A DNA stretch of 64,000 nt. Source: Patescibacteria group bacterium UBA3466. Lineage in GTDB: Bacteria > Patescibacteriota > Minisyncoccia > Phycocordibacterales > UBA918. A program made the position numbers and the translations under genes. Positions within the stretch are counted from its first letter, which is position 1. Every line of letters starts with the position of its first letter. Shown piece after piece: positions 18,997 to 28,099 of this stretch. Below the pieces are notes generated by a model. That model searched no databases and was not told the origin of the DNA. It saw only the letters and a list, made by a program, of their open reading frames with translations. The DNA lies in contig DFRJ01000002.1 in assembly GCA_002378195.1 (NCBI GenBank), positions 329,677 to 393,676 on the forward strand. Reading direction: 5' to 3'.

Positions 18997-19707
18997 ATGG
19001 AATTCCCGATGCGGATAAATAAATACCTCGCCCACAACAACATCGCCTCACGCCGTGAAGCCGATGTGCTTATTGCGGCCGGAAAGGTACTCATAAATGG
19101 CAAAAAAGCCGAAATGGGGCAGCAGGTGGAAGAAGGTGACAGGGTAGACATCAAGGGAAAAACAAAATCTAAAACCTACCTCGCCTACTACAAAGGTCGC
19201 GGAATCATCACTCACTCCCCTTCCGTCAAAGAAACGGACATCGCTACTAAGCTCGAGACAGACTATGGTCTTACCGGCGTAGCTCCAGTTGGACGCCTCG
19301 ACAAGGATTCTGAGGGTCTTATCATCCTCTCTAATGACGGACGGATTACCGGACCACTCTTAAATCCTGAAGCCAACCACGAGAAAGAGTACGAGGTGCT
19401 GGTAGACAAGCGTGTGTCAGGGATGTTTGTGCGAGCAATGCAAAACGGTGTCGATATCGAAGGCTACCGCACCAAGCCAGCTAAAGTGGCTCCAAGTCAA
19501 AAAAACGACAAACGCTTCACTCTCATTATTACCGAAGGTAAAAAACACCAAATCCGCCGGATGTGTGCTGCTCTCGGCTTCCAAGTGCAAACTCTGAAAC
19601 GGACCAGAGTAATGAACATCAAACTAGGAAAGATAAAACCCAACCAATTCCGTAAGATAGAAGGGAGTGAGCTTGATACACTCCTCAAATCATTAAAAAT
19701 CAAATAA
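18997..19707 (+). CDS. Pseudouridine synthase, RsuA/RluB family (S4 domain plus catalytic domain)
   Basis: S4-like N-terminus (RINKYLAHNNIASRREADVLIAAGKVLINGKKA). Catalytic motif GRLDKDSEGLIILSNDG. Confidence 0.8.
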   Translation: MEFPMRINKYLAHNNIASRREADVLIAAGKVLINGKKAEMGQQVEEGDRVDIKGKTKSKTYLAYYKGRGIITHSPSVKETDIATKLETDYGLTGVAPVGRLDKDSEGLIILSNDGRITGPLLNPEANHEKEYEVLVDKRVSGMFVRAMQNGVDIEGYRTKPAKVAPSQKNDKRFTLIITEGKKHQIRRMCAALGFQVQTLKRTRVMNIKLGKIKPNQFRKIEGSELDTLLKSLKIK

Positions 19708-19733
19708 AAAACCCGCCAAATTGGCGGGTTTTG
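19705..19733. terminator. Bidirectional intrinsic terminator AAAAACCCGCCAAATTGGCGGGTTTTG
   Basis: Read directly from the sequence. It sits between convergent genes. Confidence 0.7.
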
Positions 19734-19750
19734 ACTGAAACCAGACGATC

Positions 19751-20097
19751 TTACTTGATAGTTAGGTAGAGACTCTGGTCGACTAGTTCCTTGACGGGTA
19801 TCTCAGGAACCCGTTCTGACGGGCCGCCGAGTGACGTGTGTACAAGGAATTCTCCATCGAAAGTATACGAGCGAAAATTTCCCAAATCATACGTGTAGCT
19901 CAACTCGAGTGGCGGAACCCCCTCAATCCACACCTTGGTACCATCAGGCACCCTAACTTCATGCTGACCTGCAAATCCATAGCCCGCAACAAACTTACAC
20001 CGCCCCGGTGAATCACCAGGTAACACATGGACTCTTTCACCGCTTTTTGGACAGGTGGGTTCCACATCAGCCGCTCCCAACGATGCTTGTGTCTGCA
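19751..20097 (-). CDS. Hypothetical small cytoplasmic protein. The likely start is the internal ATG at 20097, preceded by AAGGAG; the annotated N-terminal extension would read through the upstream gene's terminator
   Basis: The ORF track gives 19751-20194. The terminator hairpin at 20201-20230 and the RBS position argue for the shorter form. Confidence 0.4.
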
Positions 20098-20200
20098 TCT
20101 CATCTCCTTTTTGTACTATTAGTGGTTTCGCCCCTTGCTCAACCTCTATTTCGAATATAACTCTAAGTCTTGAATTGCGCAAATGGTAATGCACATGAAT

Positions 20201-20230
20201 AAAAGGCCGGAGCGAAGCTCCGGCCTTTTA
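20201..20230 (-). terminator. Intrinsic terminator AAAAGGCCGGAGCGAAGCTCCGGCCTTTTA, overlapping the stop of the CNNM gene
   Basis: Read directly from the sequence. A near-identical copy lies at 25276-25305. Confidence 0.7.
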
Positions 20231-21190
20231 TTCATCCCCATCATCCTCATCCTCAATCTCCTGCTGAATAATCTCTTCGATAATATCCTCCATAGAAACC
20301 ACCCCAATAAACTGTTTTTGACTATTTTGCACAATCGCTAAATGCTGCCGATTCTTAAGCATCCGCGCCAGAACCCGATCCAACATATCGTTTCCTCGTA
20401 CCCGTAAAAACTTTTTATCTACCGCATCTTCAGTTTGTCTCAGTGAAATATCATCATCCTCAACCAACAATTCTTTTACATATAAAATACCGATAATATT
20501 GCTTTCATTTCCGCTATAAACCGGGATTCGTGAGTAGCCGCTGTCAGTGATTTTTTCAAAAAAGTCATCAGTTAGTTTTTGATTTTCATCCGCCGACACC
20601 ACGTCTTTGGCAGGAGTCATGACTTCTCTCACTCGTACATGCGAAAACTGCAGCGCGCCGTGCAAAATCCGCTCCTCATCAGCATCAATATCACTATGCT
20701 CTGAGTTCTCGTGCTCTGAGATAATGTCCATTAACTCAGACTTTGAATAGGTAGTGGGTAATTCCGAACCAAGGAAGTAGTCTAGAACCTTTGAGATCGG
20801 CCAAGCAATCGGAAAACACAGTACAATTGCCAACTTAGTAAACCAAATGGTTTTAGCGCCAAACCATAGCGCATAGCGTGAAATCACTGCTTGCGGGATA
20901 ATCTCACCAAAGACCACGATAAGGGCTGTAGCAATGATCCCTGCGATCAGGCCAGATGCGATTGTACCCAAAAAGATAGATAAGGTGGTGTTAACGGCCA
21001 CGTTACCTAGAAGTAGCGTAGTCAACAGTAAATTTCCATTTTGCCGCACCGGGTAAATAGTTTTAGCATTTTCATCACCGTGCCTGGCCCGTCTAGCGAG
21101 TGATTGGGTATCTAGCGATAGGAGTCCAAGTGTTAAGCCCGAGAAGAGCCCTGATAAAAGCACAAGGACTAAAGATATTATGTATTCCAT
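20228..21190 (-). CDS. CNNM/CorC/TlyC-family membrane protein (DUF21 TM domain plus CBS pair)
   Basis: The N-terminal DUF21-like TM region (LVLVLLSGLFSGLTLGLLSLD) is followed by CBS-like sequence and an acidic C-terminus. Confidence 0.75.
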   Translation of the reverse strand: MEYIISLVLVLLSGLFSGLTLGLLSLDTQSLARRARHGDENAKTIYPVRQNGNLLLTTLLLGNVAVNTTLSIFLGTIASGLIAGIIATALIVVFGEIIPQAVISRYALWFGAKTIWFTKLAIVLCFPIAWPISKVLDYFLGSELPTTYSKSELMDIISEHENSEHSDIDADEERILHGALQFSHVRVREVMTPAKDVVSADENQKLTDDFFEKITDSGYSRIPVYSGNESNIIGILYVKELLVEDDDISLRQTEDAVDKKFLRVRGNDMLDRVLARMLKNRQHLAIVQNSQKQFIGVVSMEDIIEEIIQQEIEDEDDGDE

Positions 21191-21300
21191 GAATTATTCG
21201 CCACATTTCAACACGTTTTATAAAAAATAGCAACTGAATAATCTGGAATCCAGCTGGATTTAAAACCATTATTAATTAAGCAATGTTACAATAAGAAAAT

Positions 21301-22209
21301 ATGGCAACAATGGGTAAATTTTCATTAATGAACGGGAATATTGTTCCTACCGAAGAAGCCACTGTTTCAGTGGCTAGCTCAGCTGTTTTATACGGACTCA
21401 GCGTATACTCTGTCTTCTTTGGCAAACACACCCCAGACGGCATGTTGTGCTTTAGGATCCCAGATCACATTAAGCGACTCCAACAATCAGCTCGCATGAT
21501 TGGCCTCACCGGCACAACTCAGACTCTTGAGAAAGAACCGTTAGTTGAAGAAATCAAAGAGCTGATTGCTATGAACAAACCAACCACTGACCAATTCTTC
21601 AGAGTCACTGTACACGCCGTGTCAGAGGTAGCTGGCGTGCGCACCTCAGATTTAGACTTGGTGACTTCAGTCTTTATGTACGACGCGGTCAATATTTTGC
21701 CGCAAGATCAGGCCAAGCTAAAGACCAGCCTCTGGCGTCGTACGGCCGATACTGCCATCCCTGCTCGAGCCAAGGTGAATGGTGCTTACGTTAATTCGGC
21801 TCTAGCTAAGCAAGACGCTATCGACGCCGGTTTTGATGACTGCTTATTCTTAAATCAAAATGGCTATGTGAGCGAGCTCAGTGCGGCTAACATTTTTATG
21901 ATTAAACGTGGTGAATTGATCACTCCTGACTGCGCTTCAGACATCTTAGAAGGGATCACTCGCCGCAGCATTATCGAACTGGCCGAACAGAAAGGAATGA
22001 AGATTTGTGAGCGCAAGGTCGCTCTCACTGAAATGTATACCGCTGATGAAGTGTTCGCTTGTGGCACCTCAGCTTTTGTGTCACCAATCGTAAATATTGA
22101 CGGACGGATAATTTCCGACGGTACCAGCGGCAAGTACACTAATGATCTCCGTCAACAATTAGCCGACGCTCAAGCTGATCTGACAAGTGACTGGACCACC
22201 TTACTCTAA
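21301..22209 (+). CDS. Class IV (fold type IV) aminotransferase, either branched-chain amino-acid or D-amino-acid aminotransferase
   Basis: Length and motifs match (EGITRRSIIELAEQKGMKICERKV...ADEVFACGTSAFVSPIVNIDGR). The N-terminus resembles IlvE/Dat. Confidence 0.7.
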   Translation: MATMGKFSLMNGNIVPTEEATVSVASSAVLYGLSVYSVFFGKHTPDGMLCFRIPDHIKRLQQSARMIGLTGTTQTLEKEPLVEEIKELIAMNKPTTDQFFRVTVHAVSEVAGVRTSDLDLVTSVFMYDAVNILPQDQAKLKTSLWRRTADTAIPARAKVNGAYVNSALAKQDAIDAGFDDCLFLNQNGYVSELSAANIFMIKRGELITPDCASDILEGITRRSIIELAEQKGMKICERKVALTEMYTADEVFACGTSAFVSPIVNIDGRIISDGTSGKYTNDLRQQLADAQADLTSDWTTLL

Positions 22210-22214
22210 AGGTA

Positions 22215-22598
22215 TTAAAAAATAGCGTGCGCTAAGAGCATAATAGCGAACATGCAAAAAATATAGCCGACTTCAATACTGATGGTAAGGCGGTTTTTTT
22301 GCGCGAAGAAACCGCTGGCTTTAGTGAAAGCGATGATTGTTAGTGTGATCAAAATGGCGAGCGGCAAATCGTTATAGACTTCGGTCATGCCGATTGCCCA
22401 AGCCATAAAAAAAGTAGCGAAAGCCTGCGCAATCAAACCCAGCTTCATGTCTCCCCCTCCAGATTTTGTAAGACCCAAGCCAGACCGCCATTTTGGACCA
22501 AAGGCATAATCGCTATACCAAATATACCCAACCAGAAAAGATACGATTGACCCTAGGCACACGGCTGTCCAGTTAGTATCAATAAATAGAGGTTCCAT
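22215..22598 (-). CDS. Small integral membrane protein (4 TM), unknown function
   Basis: Hydrophobicity pattern only. Confidence 0.4.
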   Translation of the reverse strand: MEPLFIDTNWTAVCLGSIVSFLVGYIWYSDYAFGPKWRSGLGLTKSGGGDMKLGLIAQAFATFFMAWAIGMTEVYNDLPLAILITLTIIAFTKASGFFAQKNRLTISIEVGYIFCMFAIMLLAHAIF

Positions 22599-22673
22599 GT
22601 CAGTATTACTATAAGGACATTGTACTCTGAATCCACAAAAGTAGTACTGTTGGTTGTGGTTATTACGAAGTAA

Positions 22674-22696
22674 GGCCGGCGTCTACGACGCCGGCC
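22674..22696. repeat. GC-rich palindrome GGCCGGCGTC-TAC-GACGCCGGCC, a member of the GGCCGGCG hairpin family
   Basis: Read directly from the sequence. It is downstream of the 22700-23197 gene but has no T-run. Confidence 0.6.
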
Positions 22697-22699
22697 ATT

Positions 22700-23197
22700 C
22701 TATCCACACAAGATTTTCCACCAAAACGGAAACTCGGTCCGAATCACAGTCATAAGTAGCTCTTGATTACGAGCGCCAATATCTGGCAACCACGCACTAC
22801 ACTCCATGACCACTCGACTAGACTTATCCCAGGTATTATCTACAACATGTGACACGTGCACAATGTCATCATCGCCGTACCAAATGACGGAACAAAAACC
22901 ATGCCTCAAACCTTGGTTGACGATTTGATCACGGAAATAATCAATACTGGTCAGTATTTCATTACGCTCATCCAATGACAGAGCGTTCTCACCTGTACCA
23001 GTATCAAACGCCAACAAGAAAATCGGTGCGGATTCGGGAAAACCTTCTGGAGTAACAGACAGAGTCAACAAACCTCTCTCAGTCACTCCACACTCATTAG
23101 CCACTGCTCGCAACTTACTCCTGATTAGATATATTTTTAATAGACCATCAAGCCGATTGAGAAGATTACCCGCATAACGCAAAACTGATTGGAACAT
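22700..23197 (-). CDS. Hypothetical cytoplasmic protein (165 aa), first of a run of small orphan genes
   Basis: ORF with a diverged copy of the conserved leader (TCCTCGCTATTCGCGCATTAG) immediately upstream. Confidence 0.45.
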   Translation of the reverse strand: MFQSVLRYAGNLLNRLDGLLKIYLIRSKLRAVANECGVTERGLLTLSVTPEGFPESAPIFLLAFDTGTGENALSLDERNEILTSIDYFRDQIVNQGLRHGFCSVIWYGDDDIVHVSHVVDNTWDKSSRVVMECSAWLPDIGARNQELLMTVIRTEFPFWWKILCG

Positions 23198-23289
23198 TAC
23201 TAATCCTCGCTATTCGCGCATTAGATAATAAAAAGGTACTAGAACCATCAATATCTTGCAACAAAAAAGCCGCATAGGCTCTTTTGTCC

Positions 23290-23805
23290 TTAGCGGCTGT
23301 TAATTAATACGAACTGGTGACGACAGCGTTTGCCATAGATCAACGCGTTATGGTGAAAGATCTCGACCAGGTTCATTGCTCGACTGCTTGGCGACCAGAT
23401 GAGAAATTCAATAATCGACAGATCATTTCCTGATTCATCTTCCGATATTCCCACCCTGAAAGCATAAGTGTCATTTAGCCGGTACACACCGGTTGTACCC
23501 TTCCACTCCACTTCCAAAGGATGATTAATGAAGGCTTGAAACGCCTCTTCAATTAACCCACGGTCACCCTCTTCCGTATTGCAGGCTACGCACGAATCTA
23601 TAGCATTGATTACCTCATTTTCACCACTCAAACTTGGGCCGGGAAAATGAGCAATAAAATTCATGGCGAACTTGTCGGTAAACTCAATTGATTCAGCGAG
23701 GCTTGCAACTGTATTACACATCAGCTGCACCTGAACACTGGTATCTGGCGGTAAATCGACCTCGACTTCGATATATGATTCTTGTACCTTGTCCTGTTCA
23801 ATCAC
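23290..23805 (-). CDS. Hypothetical acidic cytoplasmic protein (171 aa), GTG start, preceded by the conserved leader and RBS
   Basis: AGGAG lies 6 nt upstream of the GTG. A terminator hairpin (AGCCGC...GCGGCTTTTTTG) lies downstream at about 23245-23285. Confidence 0.45.
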   Translation of the reverse strand: MIEQDKVQESYIEVEVDLPPDTSVQVQLMCNTVASLAESIEFTDKFAMNFIAHFPGPSLSGENEVINAIDSCVACNTEEGDRGLIEEAFQAFINHPLEVEWKGTTGVYRLNDTYAFRVGISEDESGNDLSIIEFLIWSPSSRAMNLVEIFHHNALIYGKRCRHQFVLINSR

Positions 23806-23851
23806 TATTAACTCCTCGCTTTCGCGTAGTTAAGAGTTTTTTAAGATACTG
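23806..23851 (-). promoter_or_regulatory. Conserved ~46-nt leader (minus strand: CAGTATCTTAAAAAACTCTTAACTACGCGAAAGCGAGGAGTTAATA), copy 1, containing the RBS and a CGCGAAAGCG mini-hairpin
   Basis: It is near-identical to 24587-24632, and a diverged copy lies at 23198-23225. Confidence 0.6.
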
Positions 23852-24076
23852 TAGCAATCTAGATAATGCAAATCACAGCATACCCTACTGACCAAGCAGG
23901 TCAGCTGCCTCTTCTGCACCATTAATCATTTCGTTGTATTCCCGCCTTTGCTCAGCCATAGTTTTACCCTCGGTAGACTGATTGGCGCTGGTCATCCACC
24001 ATATTGCAAAAGCAGTTACGAATAAAATAGAAATTAAACTGAATACTCTCATTGAGTTAGTTTACTATATAAAAAT

Positions 24077-24099
24077 GCCGGCGAGCAAAGCTCGCCGGC
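24077..24099 (-). terminator. Terminator hairpin GCCGGCGAGC-AAA-GCTCGCCGGC followed on the minus strand by ATTTTTATAT (for the 24143-24586 gene)
   Basis: Read directly from the sequence. Confidence 0.6.
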
Positions 24100-24142
24100 C
24101 ACCGCACCACCCTCAGTGCTTTCTTGGCATCTTCACAAAGTG

Positions 24143-24586
24143 TCACCAGATTCTTTCAGATAATGCCGCCACTGCTGTGCAAGCTTCCTGAAGCCTGTCA
24201 CCCTGACCAGAAAAACAAAATGCTACTACGGAATCTGCATTGGCATGCCAAAAATCAACCTCCCAGTAAGCAAAAAAGACGGATCCTCCGGCACAATCAT
24301 AGAGTGCCAAGTCTTCAAATTTATGCCTCTGATTAATGTACTCGTCCATAATGACTCCTACATGCGCCTTGAGCTCATCAGATACAGGTAGCAGCAAATT
24401 GGGGTAAACAACCCAATCTTTGTAAGTCACTGACTGATTGCAATCAACCTGAGACGGATACGCCACCTGATAAGCAACGGTCAGCTCACCCTCAAAGCCT
24501 GCCTGATCAATTGCTTGTGCGATCTCATAATTCAAAATGAACACTTTCTCGATTTGCAAGTAACCCTCATCAGCTACAGTCCGCAT
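24143..24586 (-). CDS. Hypothetical cytoplasmic protein (147 aa) preceded by the conserved leader and RBS
   Basis: ATG start with AGGAG 6 nt upstream. No homology was recognised. Confidence 0.45.
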   Translation of the reverse strand: MRTVADEGYLQIEKVFILNYEIAQAIDQAGFEGELTVAYQVAYPSQVDCNQSVTYKDWVVYPNLLLPVSDELKAHVGVIMDEYINQRHKFEDLALYDCAGGSVFFAYWEVDFWHANADSVVAFCFSGQGDRLQEACTAVAALSERIW

Positions 24587-24632
24587 TTCTAACTCCTCGC
24601 TTTCGCGTAGTTAAGAGATTATTAGGATACTG
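24587..24632 (-). promoter_or_regulatory. Conserved ~46-nt leader, copy 2 (minus strand: CAGTATCCTAATAATCTCTTAACTACGCGAAAGCGAGGAGTTAGAA)
   Basis: It matches 23806-23851 over a 29-nt core (TAACTCCTCGCTTTCGCGTAGTTAAGAG), with 4 mismatches in the full 46 nt. Confidence 0.6.
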
Positions 24633-24704
24633 CAAACAATACGCTCTAGCAAATAAAAAAGCTGCTAGAGATACCTCCAGCAGCCTACCGACAGCTTACA
24701 GTGA

Positions 24705-25211
24705 TTAATTCACCATTTTTTGCCGTACTCTAGCCCAGTGCCTATCAATGGATTTTTGTGTTGCCTCCCACAGACAACGCTCCGGATTAGATGTTAGATA
24801 CTTAGTAAAATGTTCCAGATTAGTACCGTCAAATGATCTCAGTAGCACCATCAAGATTGAGACCCCGGGCCAACCCTCTTTATACATCCAAACGTTATCC
24901 AGTACCTGACCAGACACGCTCTTGGCAACCACTTTGCCTGCGCAAATATCCTGATAGAGCCTAGGCAAAGAACCAGGGCCATCTCTCAATATTTGACGGT
25001 CTCCACTATCACAATCTGGACTATAGCCCTGCATCACGTAGTGATAACCAGGGTGACTATTCCAAGGACCAGGCTCATAGCGAGCAATGCATATTTCATA
25101 ACCTACCCTGTCATTTTTTTGCACAACGTTAGCGTGTTTAAAAATATTCACCACCTCAAGAGACAGAGTAGTACCATCTCCCAGATAGTTTAAAGCGTAT
25201 GGGTTAGACAT
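24705..25211 (-). CDS. Hypothetical cytoplasmic protein (168 aa)
   Basis: ORF with its own terminator hairpin downstream (GCTGCT..AGCAGC plus T-run at about 24650-24690). It is not leader-associated. Confidence 0.45.
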   Translation of the reverse strand: MSNPYALNYLGDGTTLSLEVVNIFKHANVVQKNDRVGYEICIARYEPGPWNSHPGYHYVMQGYSPDCDSGDRQILRDGPGSLPRLYQDICAGKVVAKSVSGQVLDNVWMYKEGWPGVSILMVLLRSFDGTNLEHFTKYLTSNPERCLWEATQKSIDRHWARVRQKMVN

Positions 25212-25275
25212 TTCATGCCTCCAAAGAACTTAATAACTAGTAAACTTAGTACCTAAAATTTATGACATTGTCAAT

Positions 25276-25305
25276 AAAAGGCCGGGGCGAAGCTCCGGCC
25301 TTTTT
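25276..25305 (-). terminator. Intrinsic terminator AAAAGGCCGGGGCGAAGCTCCGGCCTTTTTG after typA
   Basis: It is near-identical to the terminator at 20201-20230. Confidence 0.7.
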
Positions 25306-25306
25306 G

Positions 25307-27088
25307 TTATTTATCTCGCTTTCGTTCGCTTTCTTTAAGAAATTGCTTACGTAGTCTAATTGACTCCGGACAAACTTCTAGATATTCGTCGGCCAACATA
25401 ATCTCAAGTCCAAGCTCGATTGAAAGTGGTTTGTGGGGAGTTAGATTGATCGCATCATCACTTCCTGACGCTCTGACGTTGGTAAGCTGCTTTCCTTTCG
25501 TCGGATTTACCACCATCTCTTCTCCCTTTGAGGTATTTCCGATCACCATACCTTCATACACCTCTTCTCCCGCTCCAATATATAACTCACCTCGATCTTG
25601 CAGTCCAAAGAGTGAAAAACCAAGCGCTTTTCCCGTCGCCATTGACGTCATTGAGGCTGTCTTTCGTTTCTTGATCTCTCCCGCATATGGTCGGAACTCA
25701 ATAAATCGTGAGGCCATAATTCCCTCACCTTTAGTATCAATGATGAATTGGTTCTTGTAGCCAAGTAGACCACGGGTTGGACCTTCAAACAATAACCGCA
25801 CCTGATTCTCGTGCGGAATCATGTTTTGCATAATAAAGCCGCGATTAGAAAGTCGTTCGATCACCGCTCCCTGGTACTCTTCTGGAATATCAATAGTTAC
25901 TTCCTCGTACGGCTCAGACTTCACGCCATCAATTTCTTTGATAATCACCTCTGGTTGAGATACGGATAGTTCGTACCCTTCTCGTCTCATGTTTTCAAGA
26001 AGTACCGCAATGTGCATTTCTCCTCGTCCTTTTACTAGGAAGGTGTCACCAGTACTTTCAACTTGCAGACCAACGTTAATCTCCAGCTCTTTTTCGAGTC
26101 GTTCACCAATTTGTCGTGAGGTTACATACTTTCCTTCTCGTCCAGCAAATGGACTTGAATTTACCAAGAATGTCATTGCTACTGTTGGCTCATCTACTGA
26201 GATAGCTGGCAACAGCTCAGCTCCTTCATCATCGGTAATAGTTTCACCAATATTAATATCTTCTAAACCAGCAATCAGAACAATGTCTCCAGCGTAAGCA
26301 TCTTCTAACTCTACCTGCTTTACTCCTTCGTAACCTGAAAGCTTCACGATCTTCCCCTTCTTAGTTTCTTCACCTTCAGATTTAATAAATACTTGTTGAC
26401 CCTTTGAAACCTTTCCGTCGTAGATTCGTGCCACTGCGAGTCGCCCAAGGAAGTTATCGTAACCAAGATTAAACACCTGAGCTCGGAGGGCATCAGCTTC
26501 GTCATATCCCTTAGCCGCTGGCACGTGCTCGAGCACAGTATCAAGAACTGGTGCAAGATCTGTCATCTCGTCTTCCATATTCTTTTTGGCCACACCGTCT
26601 CGTCCAATAGCGTAAACTACCGGAAAATCAGACTGTTCGTCGTTTGCACCTAGTTCTAGGAAAAGCTCCAAGACTTGCTCTTCAGCCCGATCAGGATCAG
26701 CCGCTGGCTTATCGATCTTGTTTAGTACCACAATTGGCTTCAAGCCTAACTCGAGAGACTTCTTGAGTACGAAACGTGTTTGTGGCATTGGACCCTCCTG
26801 CGCGTCGACCACCAACAGCACCGAATCGATTGAACGTAGTACCCGTTCTACCTCTGATCCGAAGTCGGCGTGACCAGGAGTGTCTACAATATTAATCTTG
26901 GTATCTTTGTAGGTTACTGAAGTATTCTTGGCGTAAATGGTAATACCCCGCTCTTGCTCAAGCGCGTTATTATCCATTGACGCATCACCGTCTCGGGAGC
27001 CAGTAAATTCCATCAAACCATCTGTAAGCGTGGTTTTTCCGTGGTCTACGTGCGCGATGATTGCGATATTACGAATTTCCTGTGACAT
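25307..27088 (-). CDS. typA: Translational GTPase TypA/BipA
   Basis: [24 protein letters not shown] and NKID G-motifs, with EF-G-like domains. The true start is MSQEIRN at 27088; the ORF-track extension to 27169 reads through an upstream GC palindrome. Confidence 0.9.
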   Translation of the reverse strand: MSQEIRNIAIIAHVDHGKTTLTDGLMEFTGSRDGDASMDNNALEQERGITIYAKNTSVTYKDTKINIVDTPGHADFGSEVERVLRSIDSVLLVVDAQEGPMPQTRFVLKKSLELGLKPIVVLNKIDKPAADPDRAEEQVLELFLELGANDEQSDFPVVYAIGRDGVAKKNMEDEMTDLAPVLDTVLEHVPAAKGYDEADALRAQVFNLGYDNFLGRLAVARIYDGKVSKGQQVFIKSEGEETKKGKIVKLSGYEGVKQVELEDAYAGDIVLIAGLEDINIGETITDDEGAELLPAISVDEPTVAMTFLVNSSPFAGREGKYVTSRQIGERLEKELEINVGLQVESTGDTFLVKGRGEMHIAVLLENMRREGYELSVSQPEVIIKEIDGVKSEPYEEVTIDIPEEYQGAVIERLSNRGFIMQNMIPHENQVRLLFEGPTRGLLGYKNQFIIDTKGEGIMASRFIEFRPYAGEIKKRKTASMTSMATGKALGFSLFGLQDRGELYIGAGEEVYEGMVIGNTSKGEEMVVNPTKGKQLTNVRASGSDDAINLTPHKPLSIELGLEIMLADEYLEVCPESIRLRKQFLKESERKRDK

Positions 27089-27141
27089 AAATAAAAATAA
27101 TAAATAATAAAACTTCGTGGCCCTACAAAATAGTTGAGAAA

Positions 27142-27170
27142 GGTGGCCGGCGCCTGCGGCGCCGGCCACC
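27142..27170. repeat. 29-bp perfect GC palindrome GGTGGCCGGCGCC-TGC-GGCGCCGGCCACC in the divergent promoter region between typA and the 27290 gene
   Basis: Read directly from the sequence. Its 23-nt core is identical to 62741-62763, inside argS. Confidence 0.65.
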
Positions 27171-27289
27171 CACGAACCCGACTAGAATACTGATTTTATC
27201 CAACTTTGTCTACCTTTTTCATTCCCTCTTGACTAAAATATGTTTTGGAATAAATATACAGTTTGAACTGTACCTTAGGAGCTGAACAT

Positions 27290-27991
27290 ATGACAAATAT
27301 AGATTGTCCGCTATCTGAAACCGAAACAAAGTTTCTTGAATTGGGCGAACTGCTCGTTAATATTGAAAACCTAGAGCAAAAAGCTTGCGAGCTAGGTCAA
27401 TCTTTAGCAGACAACATTGCTGATGGAGCACGAACAGGCGACGATTTTTTCGACTTCTTAATCTGCACCAATAGCGGAAAGTACGATCCGGCCATGCCAG
27501 AACATAACTACCACGAACTCTTCGAAATGCTTGCAACAGAACCTGGGCGCGACATCATGATCTGCCAAATGGCATATTTCATGCACACTGATGCAAAAAT
27601 TTCTCTTTGGTCTATCTATTTGGCAACACTAAGAGAAGGAGAAGTAATTTTCCGACCAGACGAAGAAATGATGACCATTCCGGTCGAGCCGGGTTATATC
27701 AAGTACCAAGAGGTGATCGAAAAAAACCAGTTCAAGTTTGGCTGGCAAATCATTGACCATGATCGGCTGACCGTCGGCGGACTCGAACCACTCAACAATG
27801 ACACTCCGTTTATGGCTCACCGCTTTAGGACGGAAGACATTCGCTATGTTCCCCAGAAGACTCCATGCACCATTCAAAGGCACCCGTACGACCGCGTTGA
27901 GGATGAATACGGCATCAACCCTAGTCTTATTGATAGGCTCGACAAACTATGGCTACGTAGTCGTCGTAAGCTGACCTTAGTCGCCGGTTAA
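27290..27991 (+). CDS. Hypothetical cytoplasmic protein (about 233 aa)
   Basis: AGGAG RBS at 27277-27281 and ATG at 27290. The ORF track begins at 27263. No family was recognised. Confidence 0.5.
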   Translation: MTNIDCPLSETETKFLELGELLVNIENLEQKACELGQSLADNIADGARTGDDFFDFLICTNSGKYDPAMPEHNYHELFEMLATEPGRDIMICQMAYFMHTDAKISLWSIYLATLREGEVIFRPDEEMMTIPVEPGYIKYQEVIEKNQFKFGWQIIDHDRLTVGGLEPLNNDTPFMAHRFRTEDIRYVPQKTPCTIQRHPYDRVEDEYGINPSLIDRLDKLWLRSRRKLTLVAG

Positions 27992-28004
27992 TCTGACTGG
28001 ACCA

Positions 28005-28031
28005 GCCCGCACCTCAGGTGCGGGCTTTACA
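28005..28031 (+). terminator. Intrinsic terminator AGCCCGCACCTCAGGTGCGGGCTTTA
   Basis: Read directly from the sequence. Confidence 0.65.
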
Positions 28032-28099
28032 ATTCACCCAAAAAAGCCAGATTAGCATAATAAGCCAATACCAAGCCGGAAATAATAATCATGATCACC

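Noticed and set aside
27089-27169. N-terminal extension of typA (MAGAAGAGHLSQLF...)
   Set aside because: The extension is the translation of the upstream GC palindrome. The canonical TypA N-terminus [21 protein letters not shown] starts at 27088.
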